From an uncultured Ignavibacteria bacterium (GTDB lineage: Bacteria > Zixibacteria > MSB-5A5 > SM1-73): a stretch of DNA of 43,527 bases. Of the stretch, positions 15,484 to 24,200 are shown one piece after another. How positions within the stretch are numbered: position 1 is the stretch's first letter; every line of letters begins with the position of its first letter. Where the stretch lies: NCBI GenBank assembly GCA_964631815.1, contig CAZWAO010000002.1:1-43527 (forward strand). Reading direction: 5' to 3'. The position numbers and the translations under genes were made by a program. The notes under the pieces were generated by a model. The model saw nothing but the letters and a program-made list of their open reading frames with translations, was not told where the DNA came from and did not search any database.

Positions 15484-16233
15484 ATGCCACGCATAGTTAG
15501 CGAGACCAAGGAGACTTACGGGGAGCTCAGCAAGGCGGTTCAATCTCCCTTCAATCTGATTCTGGAGGGGGAAAGCGAGGTGGGAAAGGAACACTTCGCT
15601 CGCCTGATCCATCAGGAGAGAAACTGGGGGGGGCGTTTCGTGGTGTACGACTGCGAGCAGACGGGGCAAGAGCAGTCAGACATAGCTGGAAGGCTAACCT
15701 CGGAGGCCTTCCTGCAGAGGCTCAAGCAATCCCACAAGAAGGACACCTTCTTTGTGAGGAGGATCGATCTGCTTAAAGGAATCCTGCATGCACAACTCTC
15801 TGATTTCTTTGAGCAGCTGGCCGAGAGCGGGCGATTCAGCAGAAAAGAACTCCTTAGCCTGGGCATCATCGGATCGGTTCAGCCCGAGAGGAACAGGTTT
15901 TCCTTGGAGAGCGTCCAGTTGAACAGACTGCTGGACATTCTCTTCTGTCTGAGGATTAGAATCCTGCCTCTCAGGGAGCGGAAGGCGGAGATCCCCAGGT
16001 TGGTGGAGCGGTTCGTCCGTTTATTCAATCGCGAACATAAAAAAGAAGTGGAGGGGGTTTCAGCGGAGGCGCTGCAGATCCTGATCCGACACGATTGGCC
16101 CAATAACGTGTGCCAGTTGAGGACCGAGATCGAACGCGCCATAACCTTAACCCAAGATCATCATGCAATAACGCCGGATGCTCTGTCGGACGACTTAGTC
16201 GGATCCGCATCCAGAACGCGTTCGCTTGACTGA
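15484..16233 (+). CDS. stand-alone, degenerate sigma-54-activator-type AAA+ domain protein (no receiver, no GAFTGA, no HTH)
   Basis: GAGG at 15474-15477 precedes ATG 15484; an alternative TTG lies at 15466. EBP blocks that are retained: GESEVGKE, ARLIHQ, RILPLRERKAEIPRLVERFV and HDWPNNVCQLRTEIERA. Walker B hhhhDE is replaced by FFVRR, and the GAFTGA region is absent. Confidence 0.75.
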   Translation: MPRIVSETKETYGELSKAVQSPFNLILEGESEVGKEHFARLIHQERNWGGRFVVYDCEQTGQEQSDIAGRLTSEAFLQRLKQSHKKDTFFVRRIDLLKGILHAQLSDFFEQLAESGRFSRKELLSLGIIGSVQPERNRFSLESVQLNRLLDILFCLRIRILPLRERKAEIPRLVERFVRLFNREHKKEVEGVSAEALQILIRHDWPNNVCQLRTEIERAITLTQDHHAITPDALSDDLVGSASRTRSLD

Positions 16234-16235
16234 AA

Positions 16236-16850
16236 ATGGCAAAGCAAAACCGGTTGTCTTTCATCGTGGGCCTTCTCGAGCGCAACGGAACCATGACCGC
16301 GTCCGATCTGGCCGATAAATGCGGAGTCTCCAAAACCACCATCCAGAGTGACATCCGGGTCCTTTCGGATGCCCGGCTGGCGGTGCGTGCCGATGGAGGT
16401 TACAAACTGCACCATAAGGAGACCCGGCTCGGTCTGCATCTGACGGCGGAAGAGATGTTGAGTCTGTATCTGGGGCTCAACTCCCATCCGGTTCAGTCCA
16501 TCTCTTGTTTCCGCGAGGCAGCCAAACGCGCGCTCTCCAAAATCGAAGCGCACGTGTCGGAAGATGTCAACGGCGACTACGAGGTAGCCAAAAGACACCT
16601 GGCGATTCAGCCGGGGAAAAACCGTCCGCATGAAGGCGCCGCTCTCATATTCGAGCTCATGCGGCAAGCCATCTGGCCCAGGCAAAAGGTGGAACTGCAC
16701 TACGTTTCACCGTCCGGCTCCGAGCGCGCAAAGCTCGTGCCTCAGGGTTTGATCTATAAAAAGGACGGTTGGCATTTGGTGGGGTTGGTGCGCAAAAGCA
16801 AGAGATACTTTCGGCTGGACTTTATCAAAAGCGTGAGCCTCTGCAAGTAA
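16236..16850 (+). CDS. HTH (DeoR/HTH_11-type) - WYL domain transcriptional regulator
   Basis: The ATG lies 2 nt after the preceding TGA. The N-terminal wHTH is GTMTASDLADKCGVSKTTIQSDIRVL. The C-terminal WYL signature is KVELHYVSPSG...LIYKKDGWHLVGL...RYFRLDFIKSV. At 204 aa it has no C-terminal extension domain. Confidence 0.8.
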   Translation: MAKQNRLSFIVGLLERNGTMTASDLADKCGVSKTTIQSDIRVLSDARLAVRADGGYKLHHKETRLGLHLTAEEMLSLYLGLNSHPVQSISCFREAAKRALSKIEAHVSEDVNGDYEVAKRHLAIQPGKNRPHEGAALIFELMRQAIWPRQKVELHYVSPSGSERAKLVPQGLIYKKDGWHLVGLVRKSKRYFRLDFIKSVSLCK

Positions 16851-17323
16851 CGGCCGAGCCACAAGTAAGAGTGGACTGCACAGCTTACGCTAAGACGCTG
16901 CTCATGGATCTGTCCGTGTTGACGGCAAGGAGTATCCTGCTGCCGCCAGCAAGACGCATTCATGTGCCCACAACTGTCTAAGCCCGCCCTCGTTGCCCCT
17001 CGCCTCGGGGGCAGTAATTACATGTTTTGCGTTTTGTCCTGCCAAGCGAGGGAGAATTCGATTGAAGGTCCGCTCTACATGTCGATTGGTAAGTGGATGT
17101 AAGCCCGGGTGGAGATACTCTTCCCCCATTCGTCTGAAGCAAAACCGAGGTGATCCCGAGACACGGCACATTTGTGATAAGCCTCTCGGATACCCACACC
17201 GCCCATTCAATGCGGCAAGCAAATTGTCGCAGACCTGACAGTTTAGCTGGTTATGGAGGACGATCTTTACTTTGCGGGAGGGAGCCGACCCAAGGATATG
17301 GGCACAGGCTTAAGCGATTTCCA

Positions 17324-18259
17324 CTAAAAGCGGAACGTCAAAGAAATGGCGTGGGAGTCGCCCAGGTCATCCACCGGAATAAAGCAGTAGTCCAGACAAT
17401 AGGTATGGGTTTTGGCGAAGATCAGGCCCATCCCCCAGCTCAGTTTCGAGTTGGAGTTGAACTCGGAACCGCCGCTATATCCCATTCGAATGGCGATCAT
17501 ATTTCCATAAACGAATTCGGCGCCGGCGCGCAGGCTGTTTCCGTTGTCGGATGAAGCATAGAAATCAGCAACGGCGTTTATAGCGCCCCGGCCCAGAGTA
17601 TCATTCAAAGCCAGGCCCAACTTGATCACGCTGGGCAGCTCGAAAGATTCCGAGATGAACTTGACGTCATGTCCCAGGTTTTGCACGGCCCCGCCCAGGC
17701 GTAGCTTGCTCCAGGGCGTTTTGTACAACCAGCCCAGGTCAAAAGCCACAGTGTGGGCCGTGTAATCCTCGATGGTCTCGCTAAGATATTTGATGCTCGC
17801 CCCCAGAAAAAGGTTGGGGCCCGCTTTAGCACCTAGACCCAGAGCAAGGTTTATGTCACTGCAACCAAACTCCGAGGTGGGTTCCCCCAGTTGGTCTCTT
17901 CCCTCCAGCCGATCCATGTGCAGGTAGTTTAAGTCTCCTGCCAGAACCCCGACTCCCGGTAAAGGTCGTGCGAAGGCTGCGGATTCATAGGAGACATCTG
18001 ATAGCAGGGATTGATGCATGAAGGTCAGCTCCCAACCCTGGATGCCAGCCAGTCCTGCCGGATTCCAATGGATGGCCGTCACGTCGTCCGCCAAACCGGA
18101 AAAAGCCCCTCCCAGAGCCAGAGCACGGGCGCCCAAGCCCAGTTTGAGAACCTGAGCAGCGGAGGTGCCCACGTCGTCGCTGGAAGCCCAACATCCGGCA
18201 ACATGAAAACCACTCAGCAGTAGGAGCACTACAATTGCAATAAGACCCGTGTTCTTCAT
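17324..18259 (-). CDS. PorV/PorQ-family outer-membrane beta-barrel (T9SS-associated)
   Basis: A signal peptide is present. The family-typical N-terminal block is GTSAAQVLKLGLGARALALGGAFSGLADDVTAIHWNPAGLA. The alternating beta-strand pattern ends in an aromatic residue (LTFRF). The gene starts 13 nt after the stop of the S8 protease gene. Confidence 0.75.
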   Translation of the reverse strand: MKNTGLIAIVVLLLLSGFHVAGCWASSDDVGTSAAQVLKLGLGARALALGGAFSGLADDVTAIHWNPAGLAGIQGWELTFMHQSLLSDVSYESAAFARPLPGVGVLAGDLNYLHMDRLEGRDQLGEPTSEFGCSDINLALGLGAKAGPNLFLGASIKYLSETIEDYTAHTVAFDLGWLYKTPWSKLRLGGAVQNLGHDVKFISESFELPSVIKLGLALNDTLGRGAINAVADFYASSDNGNSLRAGAEFVYGNMIAIRMGYSGGSEFNSNSKLSWGMGLIFAKTHTYCLDYCFIPVDDLGDSHAISLTFRF

Positions 18260-18272
18260 TTTCCAGACCGTT

Positions 18273-21200
18273 TTATCGGATTACAGCCAGCTTCGAAATC
18301 TTCTCCTGCCCCTGGTCGTTGCTGACTCTGTATATATAAACCCCGCTGGCCAACTTCCGGCCCTGAGCATTAGTGACGTCCCAAGACACCTGCCCGTCTC
18401 CATCAGTCTCCTGAATGGTGCAAACCTTCTCACCGACCAAGGTGAACACCTCTATCTGAGCCTGAGCGGTGAGCCCGTCAAAGGTCACATGGGTATGACC
18501 CAGGTGCGGTTTGAACGGATTGGGATATACCGACGCGCTGGCCAAACCATCTGCGGCAAACCCCGATCGGCCCGGTCGATTGGCGAACCCGACCAGTTCA
18601 TCCAAAGCCGTGTGGAGAATCCGAGCGGCGGTTTCCTCCTCCACAAAATAAAGAGGAAAACCGAAGTAGATCACTCCGCAGTCTTTGGTGAAATATCTGA
18701 GCGCAACGGCTTTCCCATCGGAAGCGGACGTATCGTAAGCCGAATTGAAGGTGTAGATTACCTCGGAGCGATCCACAGGCGTAAAATAACCCACGCCGGG
18801 GAGCTTACCTCCCGGCCCGACGAAGAGGGGATCAAAGGCATGATTCACCCTCAGCGTGTCCAGCTTCACGATTTGAGGATAGTCCGGGGTCTGGGCCGCG
18901 CCGTTGGCTCCCACAAACTCCGGTTGGGTGGTGTTCCCACCCCAATATGCGGGCATCCAGGCCGAATCGATGTGGAGATCGTCTCGTCTGAAGTCACCGG
19001 CCTCAAAGACCGCAAACTCCTCGGAACAGCGGGATTCGCAGGATGACAGGATTCTCCTCCCCTCGATCAACAGGGCGCCGCCCGCAGCCAGATACTGCTG
19101 GAGAACGGGGTACCATTTCGAAAATCCCGTTGCCTCGTCCTCGTAATGAACCACCGTCACCCGGTGACGACTTAAGTCGAGAAGGCGGAGCGGCGATTCG
19201 TCGCCCCTTTCGATGGTATCATAAGAGTAGTTCTCCAAGGCCCGCCGGTAAAAGGCATTCACGCTGTCACCGTTAACCCCGTCGGCGGACTCAGACCCCC
19301 GGGTTAAATCCACCAGCAGTATCCCCGGTTCCAAGTACATCAAGCAGGCTTCCTTCTCGCTGGAAGGATAGCTTTCCAGCCCCAGCATATCCACGGCTGT
19401 CACGCTGTAAACATAGTCTCGGCCGGCGACCACCCGCGAATCGACGTACACCGTATCCCGCCAAAGCGACTCCAGCACACGCGACTGTTGGTCGGGCTCC
19501 CGGCGGAGGATCTTGTATCCCTTTATGTCCGTATCCCGTGAGGACATGTGCAAGGTAATACTGCTCGACCCGATGCTCACCGCCAGGCAGGGACTATGCG
19601 GCATTCCCACCAGAGCCGTGTCCTCAAGGGGTTGGCAATCCGATTCGGAACAGATGTATCGTTCAGATTCCAGTCCACAGACGTTTACGCTGGTCACCGT
19701 GTAGTAGTAGGTGAGGCCCTGCTGCACGTCTAAGTCGGTGTAGCTGGCCCAGCCTGTGCTGTCGTATTGGACCAGGTTGCCGTTGATCGGGTTCCGGCCC
19801 AGGTAGCTGCCCGATACCGGAGTCCGGTAAACGTTGGATCCGGCTATCTCCGTCCCCCAAAACTGGGCCTGCCATTTGAGGGTCACGCTGGTATCTGTAA
19901 CTTCCGTTACATCCAGCAGAGTGGGCATGGAGGGAGAATCTATGTACATGATCACCTTCTGCCCCAGAGAGCTCTCCAGACCGATCGTATCCACTGCCGT
20001 TATGGCGTATGAGTAAGGGGTCAGGACGGAGAAATTGGTATCCACATAGACTGTGTCCGGGGCTTGTACCGAATCTATTATTCCGTAGTCGGTCCAGCGA
20101 CCGGACAGATACTTGCACCGGTAGACATTGTACTTGGCCAGGTCACCTTCTGTATTGGGGGGCCAACTCAGGACGATGCGACATTCGTCACCCAACTCCG
20201 CGACCAGGCCGTCCACTCGTTCCGGCCGTCCCGGTACAAACGACCTCTCGTTTCCCGGGGTCATCCCGCTCTCCGACACGCCGCATTCTCCCTCTCGGAC
20301 GCAGGTGGCGTTGAAAAAGTAGGTTTGCCCTTCCATCAGGTCCGCAAAAACGAGAGTGTACTGCTGGGGAAAGGCATCCGGCAGCGGGGTGGAATTGATT
20401 GGGGGTTGCTGATAAACGCCCGAAGTGGTGCTGCGATATACGTTGTAGCCATGAGCCTCCTCGCTGTAGCACTTGAAGATCAGACTGGTATCGGTGTGGG
20501 CGATGATCTTAAACTCGGAGGGTGGTTCCGGCGGGTACAATGGGCCGGTTACCCGGACCGGTCCCGTCGGCAGGTGAGGAGGCGGTATGCCCTCCAGGCC
20601 CAGTGAATCCAGGGCGGTAACCCAAAAGTAATGCTCCAGCGAATCGTCCACGGCCGGATCGACCCACATGGTATCGTGTTCCACCCAGGTCACCAACGGT
20701 ATGCTACCGCTGTGCCCGGTCCCGTCATAGATGTTGTAGCGGACCACGTCGCTCTCACTGCTGGGATTCCAGTGAACCACAACATGACAGTCCCTGATTT
20801 CGCCGCCTATGCTGACCACCGGCTGCGGCCGGCCGGCCAGAAAATCCGCTCTGTTCGATGGGGAGGTGCCGTTGCCTCCCGTACCCTGGGTGACCACGTA
20901 GTAATAGGTGACGCCCTCTATCAAACCCGAATCCTGATAGCTGAGGTCCCGCCCTACCGGGTCCTCCAGGGGCTGGGCGTTTAAGGGTGGATCGGGGTAC
21001 ACGCCGGGAATGGTGGAACGAAACACCCAGCAACCCCGGTTTCCCTGAGCCACTCTCCAGCTCAGGGTCGGTTTTGTCCCTAACCACTCCGACACCTTAA
21101 GGCTGTAAGGCGGTGAGCCGAATGCCACGATTTCCGCCTGGGCCGCTTCAGAGGGAGGACTCTCCAATCCGGAGGAGTCAACCGCGCTGACTTGGTAGAG

Positions 21201-24200
21201 ACAAGTTCCGACCTCCTTGATTGACGAATCCACGAAGGTCGTCTCCGAGGCCGACGAACCCAACAGGCGGTATTCTCCGTAGCCGGGAGGATTATAGTAT
21301 ATCAAGTAATGGTCCACCTTCTGCTCGGCCGGGCTGGCAGGCCAAGTCAGGGTTACCTGGACCCCTTCTATGGTTGTCGACGGTCGGGCCGGTGCTGTCG
21401 GCCCGCCCGGTGTGATGCTTATCTCCGGCGACCGGCTGCTCTCCACTAACTGGTTGTCAACGCTGGTGATGGTGTAATAGTACCTCTGTCCCGGCATGAG
21501 GCTCTCATCCAGCCACTGGCTGTCCGGCTGGGGAATGGGATAGGGGTTTACCCTCTCTCCGGCTTGCCCCGAAAGAATAGACCGGTAGATGTTGTATCCT
21601 GCGGCCACCGAAGGCGCCCTGGGCGACCAACCCAGCGTAACGCTGGAATCGCTCCAGGCAATGACGTGGAAATCGGCCGGAGGGTAGTTGTGAGTCTCCG
21701 TGGCCGGGGGCTCGAAGCCCCAACGGCCGCTGTTCCAGCCGTCGTGCATGTACTTGGGCCAGGGTTCGGAGTCTGGATGGTAGTCGATGTCCAACTCCCA
21801 GGAGATCAATTTGGATTGGACATAAATGTTGTAGTCGGTGGGCAGAACCAGATCGATTTTTCCGTCCTTATCCAGATCATCGACCAGCGGCGTATAGGGG
21901 CTGTAAGTATACAGAGTAGGCTCGGCCGTGGCATACAGGGGGAAACCGGGCAAAAGCATGCCTTCGTGATCCCAGGCGTAGATTCCTTCGTAGCCGCTGC
22001 CCAGGAATTGCCCCGTCCGGACCATTATGTCGGCGCTTGCGTCTCCATCCACGTCCGCCAATACGGGACTGCCGAAAGTCTCTCCTCCGGTTGCGAACGC
22101 GTTCCCGTCCCCAGCTAATCCCCGGGCAGTTAACTCTTCCTTTTCCATGCCGCGACAACGGAATACAATCTCTCCTATGCTGCTGCCCAAGCCGGATGCC
22201 GCCTCCCTGATCCTCTTCGAGTCGGGAGTTTTATGAGAAACCAAAGTGCCACTCGGAACCAAGGGGGTCCCGTCCGCATGCCAGGCGTAAACGCGAGCTT
22301 CTCCCAGCGTCCACAGGCTGACCGCTATTTCCAGAGTTCCGTCACCATCCAAATCTCCCACCGCGGGGTGGTTCCCGAACCACCAGCCGGAGATCAGATC
22401 CGGTAATAGTATGGGGTAACCGGCGGCCTGAGTGCCATCCTTCTTAAAGGCACAGAGGGCGTGGTGGTTTCCGTTGGCGCCCAGCACCAAAACTTCCAGA
22501 TCCGGGCTTTCATCCACGTCGGCCACTGCGATCCCGAAAATGTAAACGAACTGAAAAGGATAGTCTCCCGGGCCCAACAATTGGTTTACGTCGTTATCCC
22601 AGATATAGATACCTCCCACCCCCTGGTAGTTGCCGTATTCTCCCGAAACCGCATGAGCCGCTCCGGCGATGATCTCGTTTTGGCCATCCTGGTCCAAGTC
22701 GGCCACGGTCAGACAAGGAAAGGCCATGTCCTCGGCGCTGCCCGCGGTCGAGACCAGCGCGCCCTGGGAGCCGGTAACGATCGGGAGCCCGTCGTTCCTC
22801 CAGCCATAAACCTGACCATTGCTGCTGATGGTGAGCACCTCCGGAACCCCATCCCCCTCCAGGTCGGCGACCACGGGCGTAGCCAGGCCCCAGAATTCGT
22901 TTCCCGCGGTGGCGGCGGGGGCAAACCAGTCGGATGAGGATGAGCAATAGGCGTGCACGCCCTGATCGGAGCAGATGATGATGTCCTGGATCCCGTCCCC
23001 GTCCAAATCTCCCAGGGCGGGTGAGGACATCATGTTTCTGTCCGTATCCTTGGGCCACCCCGACTCGCGCCGGCCGTTAGGACCGAAGACCTCAACTCCC
23101 CCCACCCTTCCGGTTGAGGGCGGGCCTCCCACTCCGATTACGATCTCATCGTATCCGTCACCGTCTATGTCCCCCACGGCCGGCGACAACGAGCCGTTGG
23201 AAGAGAGCTCCTGTGTCCAACCACCGGTGGCGATGCTCTTCACCGCTACTGCTACCGTGTCCGCGTATATCTGACCACCGGCAGTCTCCACCCATAGACG
23301 CAGGGCGTATTCCGTCACATCCAGAAAACTCACCAGCCACCGGCCCAAAACCCCGTCCGCCACCATCCGAGAGGACGAGTTTATCTCAATCCAGGTATGG
23401 GGCGATTGTCCGTATCCGTATTCCAGCTTGTAACCGGCGAAGTCCGGCGCTATAGTGTAGCCTGTGATCTCGGCAAATCCGGCTATGGTGTCCCCCGCCG
23501 CAGGAGAAGTTATCTTTACGTAATTCCGGTCGTTGGCGATCACGCGCACCACGGCTTGGTTTTGTTCTCCCACGGTCAATCTCAGAGTGAAAAGACCTGA
23601 CAGGCCGGAGCTGTTCCACAAGCCTAAGGTATCGCTCTTCACCGGAATGGTCGAGCTGGCGATGGTGGTCCAACTCTGGGGCCGGGGACCCTCTCCATAT
23701 TCCAGCAGATAGCCCGAGAACCCGGGTCCGTCTGCCGTCCCTATCACGGCCACCTCTCCGGAGACCTGACCGTTTTCTGTGGGATAGTCTATCTTCGCCA
23801 TCCTGCCGGAGACCAGCTGCAAAGCGGAAGCCAAATTCACTCTCCCGTAACCGCTGTAGACATCCTTCCCCGGAGAGTACAGGCTGTCGCCTCCGTAAGG
23901 ATAGATCAAGTCGTCTGCCGATTGTTCTATGATCTCCACTGTCTTAGCTGCAGTCATTCCCGGCGATACGGCCAACAGGTAAGCCGCTACTCCCACCACA
24001 CACGGTGCAGCCATGCTGGTTCCGTCTGCCAGGTAGTACTTCTCATTCACTATGTGAACCCCCGGGAATCCGTTCTCGGCGTACATGTCCGTGCCTGCAG
24101 CTCTCAAGGACAGGATATCCTCTCCCGGGGCCACAATCTCCACGTGATCGCCGTAACTGGAAAAAGGCGTGACCCGGTCCCTGCTGTTGGAGGCCCCTAC

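Noticed and set aside
17099-17114. CCCGGGCTTAC on the minus strand, resembling the 3' P4 strand of bacterial RNase P RNA.
   Set aside because: The obligatory GAGGAAAGTCCGGGC 5' P4 strand and the other universal RNase P elements are not present in the 473-nt gap.
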